Shown here piece after piece: positions 47,201 through 59,035 of a stretch of DNA of 64,000 nt (its first letter is position 1; every line of letters starts with the position of its first letter). This stretch comes from Leptogorgia sarmentosa (Eukaryota): the NCBI GenBank assembly GCA_964658305.1, contig OZ210886.1:620001-684000 (forward strand), read 5' to 3'. The notes under the pieces are model-generated. The model saw only the letters and a list, made by a program, of their open reading frames with translations, ran no database searches and had not been told where the DNA came from. Position numbers and translations under genes: made by a program.

Positions 47201-50200
47201 CATTTTATTATAAAGTCAGATTGTTTTTGTAGTATAAGTATGGGAAATATTGTATCTTCAGAATACATATGCAGATATATTTTTTTATAGCTTATTCAAC
47301 CTTTTTTATAATGGGACTTATTTTGTCAATGCAAGTCCCTTTTGTCGGTTTCCAACCAATCAGAACAAGTGAACATATGGCGTCCGCTGGTATGAAATTC
47401 TTTATTTTTTGCATTTACGCTCATTTTAACTACAGTTTGCAATGTTTTCCAGCTACAATGTGCTAAACACCCTAAAACAACCTTCATGGTGGATAAATTA
47501 AGTAGGGTCCTATTGGGCTGTTTACAAGATCCTATGTGTCTTATGTTGTTAAAAGGACTGTGTATAATTTCTCTATACAGGTGTCTTTGCTTTGGTCCAG
47601 GCTTATGCCTTCCTCAAATTTTTACAAGATCATTCAACATGGTCTGAAATACAACACTTCTTTCACGTTATGGTGGCAGGTGTTGCTGGTTTAGTTTTTG
47701 CTGTTGTAGTTTTGCTCACATATATTGGTACGTTTACATTCACTACAGTATCGTGTTTAATGTGGGATGTGCACATTATTTTTAGGAAATGTATCCCACG
47801 TACAGGTTTACAGGTCTTTCCTTTCCACACAGCTTTCTAAATACAGTATTAGGTTGGTTAGTGATGAACATCACTAATTCAATTCAGGTGCTATTGCACT
47901 ATTTTCCGAGCTGATACAAAAGCACTTTTGAGTGTTGATAAAAGTTGAAGCACCAAAAAGGTTTGAAAGTCTACCAAACTATTATAAGCACTATTTTTAT
48001 ATATAAACTTCATTATATTCGACGTTTTTATCCAAGGCTTAGTTTTAAATACAATACCGGTATTTAGATATTGTGGTATATTTGTAGGTTATATTGCGCC
48101 TTGGAGTGGACGCTTTTACTCTTTATATGACACTGGGTAATTGAACTTATTATTTTTCTGTAAAAGTTTTGACATGACAGTGTGGTTTAACAACAATTCT
48201 TACAAAATATAACTGCTAATATGTTACCAAATTTGTTTTCTCTGTGCAGATACGCGAAGATCCATATTCCTATCATCGCTTCAGTATCAGAACATCAGCC
48301 AACAACATGGGTGTCGTTTTTCTTTGATCTTCATATTCTTGCGTGTACTTTTCCTGCAGGCCTTTGGTTTGTTGTGAAGAAAATTAATGACGAACGCGTA
48401 TTTAGTAAGTTCAGTTTTTCTATTGCTTCATTTTATGTTTAGTCATTTTCGTAGCGAGCATTCGTAGAGGGGGTGGTTTGAAACACGCATTAATATAGCA
48501 ACAACCAACCAACCAGCCACCACTACCCACCCCACACATTCATAATTGAAGTAAAGATTTGATATACGAAGGTTTCGCAAAAGCATTGCTTACCTGCAGA
48601 TATAATCGTAGGAGGTTTATATATTTTTAATACTGTATAAGTTTTACTTTACTGACATATTTTACCAAATTTCCCGGGACTGTGTTTTTCTCTCAGAAAC
48701 ATCCTCCGCACCTCCCACAACATGTATAACAATACACAATAGAAAATAGTGAAAAACAACGCCGTGCGGGGGCATTCAATTGATACCACAGTTTTGGTGC
48801 TTGTTATTGTCAAAGTAAAGGTACCTTTCGGATATCACAACGATTGAAACAGATTACACCAGAATACTGAAACACATAGCCACAACAATTACTGTAACCT
48901 TTGCCAAAATATAATCATGTAGCTACCAATATAATGCACCACTACTACGCATTGCACCAATTTGTCGACACCAACATCTATGGCTTTTAACACACACGTT
49001 ACACGTCAACTTTGGTTAATAAATCAAGTTTCCAAAAAACCTTTGATATTATATGCATGCACTTAACTGAAAAACAAAATACTGACTTTGTGTCGGAAAT
49101 GTGATATTGATGTAAATATCACAGCCCAACTGTGGCATTTGGTACAATTTATTTTCATTTAACATTCTAGGCAATTTCTGTTACTGCGCGCAAATCAGTT
49201 ATTTGTAAAAAAAAAACTCTTTTTCTTTTTTGAGCAATTTTTACCATGTAATTATTGTTTTTAAAAAACTCCCCCTCACACAACATCTAGAAACGCACAA
49301 CAGAAAAACAACGCCGTGCGGGGGCATTTACCATTGAATTGTTTTTTATTTTGCTGGATTATCCCTTTTGGTTTTAAATGAATACCTTTTGTGTTTGAAT
49401 ACCTTTTGTCTACTGACATGCTTTGTTTCCTACGCACTACCTTGAGTATAAAAGCAGCTAGTTTTCACAGCACAAGTCATTCAGTGCGAAGCTTTCAAAG
49501 CAACAAGAACTCCACCAAAATTTACCAAGAAACATGTCGATTGAATACGAAATGATAAAAGTTAAAGTCGAAGATAAAGAGAATATTCCTGAACATCCAT
49601 GCAGTTCCGAGAAACCACTGTTCCAGTTATTCAACAGCAGTCCTGCGACTGTTTCCAAGAAACGAAAGCGATCGAAAGCCCCACCAGGAAAACCACCCTA
49701 TTCCTACGTTGCTCTTATCACCATGGCCATAAAAAGTTCACCACACCATAAGATGACCTTGGCAGGGATCTTGAAGTTCATCTATGAGAACTTTCCTTAT
49801 TACCGAACATGTCCTTTACAATGGCGAAACGCAATCAGACACAACCTCACCCTAAATGACTGTTTCGTGAAGCTCCCGCGAGACCTCCACGATGGAAACA
49901 GAGGCCACTATTGGACAGTGGATCCCTCGGGTGAAATGACGTTTGATGAAGGAAAATATCGGCGTAGAAAGAGAAGATTTACGCGGGAAGAAAAGGTCGA
50001 CGAAATTTTACCACTGTTGATGGAAAGAACAAACATTCCTTACGACGAAAGAATTCCTGTACCATCAACTATCCCACAATGTCCTGGAGTTTCCGTGATC
50101 ACCCCGGTTGTTCCTGTGATCCAACGACGTGGTTTCACAATTGATGAGATCCTGTCTCCTGAACCAAACTTAATGAACAATGATATCTCCAGAGTATATA

Positions 50201-53200
50201 ATACAACGCCTGACTTTGTCAACTATCGTTTTCCAAATAGTTTTGTACCTTATTATCCTAATATGTACTGGTCGTATCCAGCGCATAGCGCATATTCTGT
50301 TCCTAGAAGAACACCAAGTTCCAGCTGGCAAGATGAGGACGATTATATCGACATTATGTAACTCTCTATGTTACTCTCATGTGAAAATAGATTATTTATG
50401 TATATAGCAGCACTATAGGTTAAAATAAATTATTTTAAAGTGTATGATTTAGTTTAATGTGTTTACTGTGTTCACCAATTGACCAGACTTTCTAAATACA
50501 TCTACTGGTTGACATAGAAACAGCCAATACCAGAACGTTTTCGTGCTTATGTGTGCAATAGACAATTAGCATGTTAGGAGAGGCCTTCTTTTCATCGACA
50601 CAACTCTATACAACTGTTAAATATACACAATGATTACAAAATGTCGAACTGTCCTATACATTAGCACTATAGGGATTGAAATTAATTATTAAGGGTCCCC
50701 CAGTCCCCCATCAGTGTGTGAGAAAAACATTTTCTGCCTCTTGCTAGTAGAAAATAACACTTGTTTTTTTTGTAGTTGTGTTGTACGCTGTGACTGCGTC
50801 GTATTTTGCTGGAGTTATGGTGCGTCTTATGCTTACATTGACACCAGTCGTGTGTGTCTTGGCCTCGATTGCATTCTCAGTGACTCTGGATAACTACATT
50901 CATACTGATGCTATACCAATTGACGAAGGAGAGGAACAGGATGTGGAAGATGAGGATGAACAGAAAGAAAAAAATGAGAAAAAAAAGGTAAATCAGCTGA
51001 CAAACCACATGCAGAGGAAGTTAAACTAGAACCGCTTTACCATCGCGCGAAAATACCATGCGAGTTTATAAAAGTTTTAGGCATTTAGACCTTTGTATAT
51101 TATTTATTCCCAAAACTTAGCGTTCTGTTAGCGTTCTCAGACAACCAGAGGAACTGTGCTTCGGTTCAGACATACATGTGTTATGAAGTTCTTTTATGAA
51201 GTTCTTTTGATTGTCTACGGTCCAATCTAACGTTTTGCTATGGTCTTTGAACCCTTTTCAAATAACAGTTTGAATGCGCTTCGTTGCGTGATACATATAT
51301 TTCAATTTAGGTGTCCAAAGTAAACCCGAAAGCTGGAAAGAAAAAGGATCGTCCACCTTCCGTTTCCGGCGCGTCATCAAAAACACCAGAAGAAAAGGAA
51401 ACTGACCCTAACGCAGCTGCAACAAACTTTGGAGGATTCGTAGTGATGTGTATGTTGATGGTACTTATGTTGTATGCTGTTCATTGTACCTGGGTTACAA
51501 GTAATGCGTATTCCAGTCCCTCTGTTGTCTTGGCCTCTACAAACTATGATGGGTAAGAAAATGTTGGCATTCAAACTAAATAAAATCGTATTTATATAAT
51601 TTATATTCTCTTTATCTTAACTATAATATAATCGAGTATTAACTGGATGTTGGCAAATTTGCATTATGTAAAGTCCCATGAAATTGGAGGGTTTTCAGTC
51701 CTGGGGTTTCAGGTTCCTTCATGTTTTGTTATAATTAATGTTCTCTTGCAGGAGCCGAAATATTTTGGATGATTTTCGAGAGGCTTATTTTTGGTTACGT
51801 CAAAACACACCAGATGATGCAAGGTAGGATGTTCTTGTACAATGACACTGTTTTTTTCATAATTTGTTATCGTACTTACATCAAATCAAATGTCATCAGA
51901 TATACAACTTTGAGCGTCCCTGGTCGTTTTCCTAACGAAGAACCAGGAAAACTTGCTAAACACAAGGAGGAAAGAATTTCCGTATTGTCCCCATGTCAAA
52001 CATAACATAGATATTCATGGATTTTGTTTAATTTATTTAGAGTGATGTCTTGGTGGGATTATGGTTACCAAATTGCTGGGATGGCCAATAGAACAACACT
52101 TGTGGATAACAATACATGGAACAATAGCCATATTGCCATGGTAAATGCCATACAGTATTTGTAACGGATAATCCTCAACTATTATGCCCAAATCTCTCCC
52201 TCCTCGAGATTTTTTTGAATCCAAGAATCATTAGTCAACATTCTTCTGAAGTCCCCTTTGAAAACCTTCTACTCTATCATGTCGAGCTGTGTCCTTTACA
52301 ATTCACTTTATATTTTAGCTGCACTTACAAATGGTTAGCGTACCCCACTCACCGCGTGTCAAAATATAGGATTACTGTAACGATTACGTTGAAAAGTGGT
52401 GTAGAACACTATTCAAAATACGTCTGATTTCTCAATTTGAAGGTTGGCAAAGCCATGTCATCAAATGAAAGTGCAGCATATGAAATAATGCGTTCGTTGG
52501 ACGTTGATTATGTCTTGGTCATATTTGGTGGAGTGATTGGTTACTCTGGTGATGATATTAATAAATTTTTGTGGATGGTCAGAATTGCAGAAGGAGAGCA
52601 TCCCAAAGATATAAGGGTATGTAGGGGTATGTAGGGGTATGAGGGTATGTTCATATTTGTAATAAAAAATATTTACTTATCGATGGCTTGGTTTTCTCAT
52701 CACCTTATCGACCTTATCGACGATAGAGCCTTTGAATTCTTCAAAAGAAATGCAATGTTTAGTAAGTTCTATGGAACACTGCTGCCAATTATCACACCCT
52801 AAACTTGGCCGGGGGGGGGTGAACACAACCCCCCCACCTTCCTTGCCTTATATAATGATTATATATGTTCTTTTCACAGGAATCTGATTACTTTACCCCA
52901 AATGGCGAATTCCGTGTAGATGCCGCTGGTTCACCGATCTTACTTAATTGTTTGATGTACAAGTTGTGTTACCATAGATTTGGTGACTTGCAGGTAAATA
53001 TTACTATAACAGATATAGAGAGCAAGACAGGAGTTTCATATGCACTTCATTTTCATTGCCGTATCCATTTAAATACTTTAAATAATGTTTATTGCAGTTG
53101 GACTTCAGGACACCATCAGGTTTTGACCGCACACGAAATGTTGAAATTGGAAACAAGAATGTCAAACTGACATATCTCGACGAAGTCTTTACGACTGAAC

Positions 53201-53891
53201 ATTGGCTTGTACGAATTTACAAGTACGTTTTAGATGGAATTAAGAATTCAGTAGAAGTAAAGATACATCCTGTGTATTATATATCTAGAGAATTACGTTT
53301 TTCAGGTGGATGTAAGTAGATATTAGTGAACAACCGCCTCCTGTTGTTAAAAAATACCGTTGCTTGAATTATACCATTCTCTACCATTCTCTTGATTCCA
53401 GGGTTAAAGATCTTACCAATCGTTACAGTAGTCAACTAAAGAGACGAGTTACTAACCATGTCCCGAAATCTCGATTTTACTCCAGAAAGGTAAGCTCATA
53501 GTACTACTATTGGACGGTCAACCTCGTTACCAGTAATTGTTAGTTAATACTCAGCCAGGCAGAATCGACGTCACCATAATCATTGAGGCCAAAAATTGTT
53601 TTGGTATGAATGTTGCTCAACAAAATACAGCAACGTTAACAGGTGCAAGCACTGGATTAAAGACAAAGTGTTTTTGACAACAGACTTTGTTTATAATTCT
53701 ACTCGATGATTCAAATAGCTTGGTTGACTCCGCGATGGTTCATTTATTCGTCATGATATTTTGTTGTTGCTTTTCAGACAAGCTCCAAACAAAAAGGGAC
53801 TATAAAAAATAGAATCAAACTCGTTCAAGGGAAGAGAATGGCTAAGAAAGCTAAGAAATCTAAGACAAGAAAAACAAAGAAAGCAACGTAG
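44234..53891 (+). CDS. STT3B: Oligosaccharyltransferase catalytic subunit STT3B
   Basis: [76 protein letters not shown] (WWDYG motif), [13 protein letters not shown] and [20 protein letters not shown], with a basic tail ending at TAG 53889-53891. Confidence 0.96.
45128..45141. promoter_or_regulatory. RFX X-box-like element in STT3B intron 1, upstream of IQCB1
   Basis: GTTTCCGTGACAAC fits the X-box consensus GTTNCC-NN-RGYAAC with minor deviation. Confidence 0.35.
49240..49533 (+). promoter_or_regulatory. Promoter and 5' UTR of FoxE copy 2, shared with copy 1 at ~37057-37360 (minus strand)
   Basis: TATAAAA at 49447-49453, Inr-like TCATTC about 30 nt downstream, tandem GAATACCTTTTGT, and the 26-bp block GAAAAACAACGCCGTGCGGGGGCATT. 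Confidence 0.65.
49534..50361 (+). CDS. FoxE: FoxE-like forkhead transcription factor, copy 2: intronless, sense inside STT3B intron 48405-50775
   Basis: 275 aa with 9 amino-acid differences from copy 1 by my count. It has its own TATA box and AATAAA (50424-50429). Confidence 0.88.
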   Translation: MSIEYEMIKVKVEDKENIPEHPCSSEKPLFQLFNSSPATVSKKRKRSKAPPGKPPYSYVALITMAIKSSPHHKMTLAGILKFIYENFPYYRTCPLQWRNAIRHNLTLNDCFVKLPRDLHDGNRGHYWTVDPSGEMTFDEGKYRRRKRRFTREEKVDEILPLLMERTNIPYDERIPVPSTIPQCPGVSVITPVVPVIQRRGFTIDEILSPEPNLMNNDISRVYNTTPDFVNYRFPNSFVPYYPNMYWSYPAHSAYSVPRRTPSSSWQDEDDYIDIM

Positions 53892-54176
53892 TTACACAAC
53901 TGACAGCAACTTTAGTTCATTATTTTGATTTTAAATTAGACAGTCCGGACAGTATTTAGGTAGCTATGGTTTGCCACGAAGTAATTATTGTAAGTCGTCA
54001 GTATTTGAAATTTGAAACATTAAATGTGATTTGTTTGGTTAGTTAGCATTCTTGGAGTGTATTGTTAATTTAAAATAAATCCTTTTTATCGGATAGGGAT
54101 GCTTTTTAACACTTTCACAATGTCTGGGATGTTTCGCTCTCAGATGTGGCGCTTATTCGGTAGCGGCGCTAATTCG

Positions 54177-57100
54177 ATGGCGGCGCTCAAACGAGTAAAT
54201 ACTGTTTGTGTAACATCCGATTCCGTTCCGATTGTGGTTCCGATTATTTCCGATGCGAACATAATCAATGCAACATGGCGACTTGAAAGAGTGATGGTAG
54301 AAAACAAAAGGTGGATTTGATCTTGTCTTTTGATCTCTTATTCTTTCATAAGACCATAGGAAAGGAGCGCAATATGATGTCGAGAGACTTTCGACAAGCA
54401 GGACCAGCAATGAATCCGTACCAAGGAATGGCAGGTTTGCATATTACGTTTACTCTAATATAGACAATCTATGAAGTAAATGTGTCTAATTTGGATTTTT
54501 CTGTGTTTTCAGCTAAGTTCAGACAATCCTACCAGCCTACACCCAATGCTATGGTAGATACTTTTGATATAAATAACACTATAAATAATGATGTTGAAAA
54601 GGCATAATAAAATGAACATTTATTTTCTAAAAGGGACAATGGGGAGGATCGGCAGGCATGAATCAAAATATGTTTGGACTAACTCAACAAAGATTTCTCT
54701 CACAAAGACCTTTCCTAGTGAGTATGTTATTGAACATTTTAGTGATGATTTTAGCAGTAATCTTCATCCACCCAAAATTTATACACAACTACATTTGTTT
54801 CACTTAAAAAAGAGATGTTGGTACAGAGCAGGCCATCCTTTGAGCATTATACCTTCTATTGGTTGTCTTGCACCAACATTATGGCTAACCATTCTATTTT
54901 GTAATTGAATGAAATTTTTCTGCATGTGCATTTGTAGTTGTTTCAACACAATGTATAACTGACAATTGTTTTTAGCCCAATGATTTTCAAAATACGCCTG
55001 CACCAAAAGCACCTGATAAACCTTTGATGCCTTACATGAGATTTAGTAGAAAGGTAGGTTGTCCCATTTCCAATGTGGAACTACAATATTTACCCAATAT
55101 TCTTGGTGTGATTGCGAGATTTTATATGTTTTTTAAGCTTTTAAACTATGGTACTAATGTGATATTTGCGCTGCTCTACAGTACCTACAGTTTTTCGCCC
55201 TTGCCATAATGTATTTCCTCGGCCATTGGCTCAAGGAGAATTGATAACCTACACCCAGTTAAACCCATGATCAAATCATTACAGGTTTGGGAACAGGTCA
55301 AGAACCAGAATCCTGAGGGCAAGTTGTGGGACATTGGTAAAATTATTGGTCAAATGTGGAGGGATCTCCCTGATGAGGAACGACAGGTGTGTTTTGCAAG
55401 TCTCATGCTTGTGGTTTTTAACTTAACTAGCTGGCAATTTGAAAACATGCTTGACCATGGTAAAAATCTGGCCCAGACATCACTCATATGTCAAAGTTTT
55501 GTCGCTTCAAATGCAATTCAATTTAATGTTACAGGTCTTTTTTGATGAATATGAAATGGACAAGGTTAGATGAACATAATTTATGTATACTTTAATGTGC
55601 CTGCAGTACTTTACATTTGAACAAAGTTTGTATCAAAATGACAACCATTTAGTGAAATTCTGGTGGAATTATGGGAGAAAGGTTGAAAGAGATGGGCATA
55701 GTACTTTGCAAGCAAACTAAAATTGCTGTTTGATTTTTGAAATGCTGCAAACATTTCAAGTCCATCTTTCCCAGTTAAAAATCTAAAACCCAGTTAAACT
55801 TGTCAGATTTAACAAAACGATATTCAATGCATATATTGTATTACTTTTTACATCACTCAGGTCCAATACAATGAAGCAATGAAAGCTTATCATAATTCCC
55901 AAGAGTATCAAGCATGGATTGCTGCTAAGGGAAGAGGTGTGTAAAACATACACTAATGCAGCTTGATATAGATAAATGTGTACAGCAGAAACAGTTGAAG
56001 ATTTTAGGTGTTGATATAGCACTGCTTTTAAAAGTAGCGTGGTTTCGTCTTTTAACAACGCATCTTTATTCCAAAGCCCAACAAGCTTTACAAGAACAAC
56101 AAGCTCGTGCAAGAGGACTGGACCTTGCTTCATTTGATGTGAGTATTTAGCAGCATGCAAAATGAGAAAACATTAATACAAACAGATGATGTAAATAAAA
56201 ACTGTAGCGATTTGCCATATTTGTAAATATTGACTGTTAATACTGTCTCTCTTTTTTAGATGCACGACGCAAGATTTAGTTTGGAACCAATCATAGATGA
56301 TGGTAATTATGGTAACCATTGCCATTATAAAAAGTTATTGGAGACCTTGATACTGTAATTTCGGACAAAACAAACACTAAATTGTTATACATTACATTAT
56401 TTTTCATTAATGTCCTTCAAATGATAGTGCCTGTATAATATGATTTTACCTCTAACGATTTATATATAATTCGCGTGAATAATACACATTTGCTTGGACA
56501 TATACCGACTTATATTTTCCGCGTTTGCCAACTTTTAGATGAAGATGATCGGTTCTCAGTTAAACATGTAGCATCCGCTCGTTTTCACCGAAATCAAAAA
56601 CTCATGGCGGATATATTTAGTGACATAGTTGTTCCTGATCTGCGTACAGGTGAGTGTACAGCACTAGCCACTAGATCATAGAGACCTTTAGCTTCACAAT
56701 TATCTGCCTTGACCCCTTGATTGATGCCCATGCAAGTCTTGATAACTCTTTATATTATGCGAAAGCGAATTCAATAATATTTCTAATTCAAAATGAGTTT
56801 TTGTACCTAAAGTTATTATATACTCGTAGTCACGAAGTTTCAATAAACTTTATAGTTTTTGTGTTTGTTATTTATCTATTGTATATACGTAGTTGTAGTG
56901 TAGACAAAATAAATGTTTCTGTTTTTTAGTCGTGACAACCTCTCGTATTCACATGTTAAGAAAGCAGGTCAAGTCACTGGGTGAACACCAGGTAGGAACA
57001 GCGGGATTTATGGAAATAAAATACAGAACAAAATTAGTTCCACCTTTTTACATTTACATACTTTTATAAACTGGTATAATTAACGCTAGTAAATTCTACA

Positions 57101-57525
57101 GTATAATGAAAGACCTAACTGAAGAGATTTAACTTGCTTTGCAAATTGCTGTTTCAAAAACCGTAAGACACCCTTGTTACTATTGATGCTAGGGACGGTC
57201 GCTAGGGACATCCACATACTGCATTACTTATTAGATTTTTTGTATTAGAAAAAGTTGGAATCAGAACTCCAGCAAATTGAAGAAAATTTTCAGGCGAAGA
57301 AACGAAAGTTTGTCGAAAGTAGTGAAGCGTTCAGAGAAGCAATAAAAAAGGTACAGTGTATAAACTGCATTACTGTATATTTTCAACATTTTTGTGAGTT
57401 TACTCATTTTCCATGTCAAGTCAATCCTTTCTTGCATGCCATATCCAACTAACCTTTCATTCACACTTTGTTTTTTGCAGTCACCAAAAACTGTCGAGGC
57501 GAAAACGGCTGAAACATCAAATTAA
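54177..57525 (+). CDS. SMARCE1: SWI/SNF subunit SMARCE1 (BAF57), HMG-box protein
   Basis: [139 protein letters not shown]. The start is tentative: either micro-exon MAALKR at 54177-54194 spliced in frame to 54352, or the ATG at ~54374. Confidence 0.93.
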
Positions 57526-58006
57526 CATTTGAACTTTAACACAGTAAAGAAACCGTCATTCCTGATGGATTTGGTTCTGTAAATGCATGTATATATAGCA
57601 TGGGCTAGTTTGTGTAAACGCCAAATTTGCTCGAGAAATTGCCTCGTCAAGGATACCAGCTGGGACATATTCATCCGTTTAGTTCGTTCTTAACTGCTCG
57701 CACTCGTGTGCTGTTGTTATACTTTTATTTAATTTAGTGATTTTCCATCTTTCCTAGTAACAAAAACACATTGCTCATTCCCCCCTCCCGCAGGGTAAAT
57801 GTGTAGCAGAGAGCTGAGAGTGCTTTTAGTCTTCAAACGCAAATAAAAAGATTCTTTACTCAAAACATAGTCAGTCTGGAAGACATTCTTCCGGATTTTC
57901 TATATTCATAAAAAACTCCATGTGGTATTGGTGCTGTTAAGCAAAACGCCTCTCATTAGTATGCTTGAAAAACACCAATATATATTATATAAACATGTAT
58001 ATCTAA

Positions 58007-58126
58007 GGCCTAGATCAAACGTCCAACTTTTCATGCACCGAACCTAATGCAAATGAACTCAAACAAAGAACTTGGCTCATTGACATTAGGTTCGGCACAT
58101 GAAAAGTTCGACGTTTGACCTAGGCC
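58007..58126. mobile_element. PIF/Harbinger-type palindromic MITE with TAA TSD
   Basis: TAA-GGCCTAGATCAAACGTC...ACGTTTGACCTAGGCC-TAA with ~50-bp arms. Its central spacer GAACTCAAACAAAGAACTTRGCTCATTRACATTAG recurs at ~17422-17456. Confidence 0.8.
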
Positions 58127-58384
58127 TAATATCTCAATATTTCATATCCGATTTATCAACATTATTGACATTGATTTAAGTCATGCTGTATGGTTATTTA
58201 GATCAGTTTGGCAAAGCTGTGTGTCACTTCTTTCACCACTGCCCTTTATAAAAGCGAACCAGTTCAGGTATACGTCTACACGCTGGCGCTGAATTTTTTC
58301 CCCATCGATTCAGGTGCACATTGATTTAATCTGAAAATACTTGGCACCAACAATGTTTCACGATGTTAGGTGAAAATTGAAAGC

Positions 58385-58572
58385 AAGCTTAAACTCAAGC
58401 CAGCATTACCCAACATAATGTTCAAACGACGCCAACTTGTTGCATCAGCAATGTTGGATGGTGTTGAACCAACGTGTTGGCTTCGTCTGAATTTAGCTTG
58501 CTTAAAATTTGAATCTAACGTCGTGCAACATCAATGGCACAAAGATGTTGGCTTCATTTGAACACGCCTTAG
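58385..58572. repeat. Degenerate MITE with CCAACA/TGTTGG subrepeats
   Basis: GTTCAAACGACGCCAAC (~58420) is inverted against GTTGGCTTCATTTGAAC (~58547), with several internal TGTTGG units. Confidence 0.5.
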
Positions 58573-59035
58573 AACTGGTTTAAAAATGTAGTCATTTGTG
58601 TGGGCGAGTATCTATTTAAAAATGCATGTGTGCAGTCAAGTCTAAAAGCTATGTAAATTCATTATACAGTTCATTGCGAAGTCGAGCAAGGTGCTTTGTG
58701 TCACCACTGTACTACATCCAGCTGTTGTATTGTGAGATTTATTGTCGTAGCGTCAACATTCATTCAAATATACATTACTTGAAGGACACAACTGTAGATT
58801 TTTTCAAACGTAAAAGGTGTGTCAGTCATCTATTCAGTGTGGAATATTCTGCCATATATGCATTCCGCTCTGGTGGCAAGCTTGGTTAGTCTCGCATGAA
58901 GATGTATGCTGTGTTCTAGTCACGTCGAAATGTTTTTAAGAATATGTGTGAAAATCTTATCTCAAAACGCTGATTTTGGTAGAAATAATTTGGACCTAAC
59001 AAATGTTGGATTAATGGATTATTGGTAACATTGCT

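Noticed and set aside
47858..47915. Possible C/D snoRNA in an STT3B intron (GTGATGA...CTGA)
   Set aside because: Too short, the C box is trapped in a local palindrome, and there is no terminal stem or recognisable rRNA guide.
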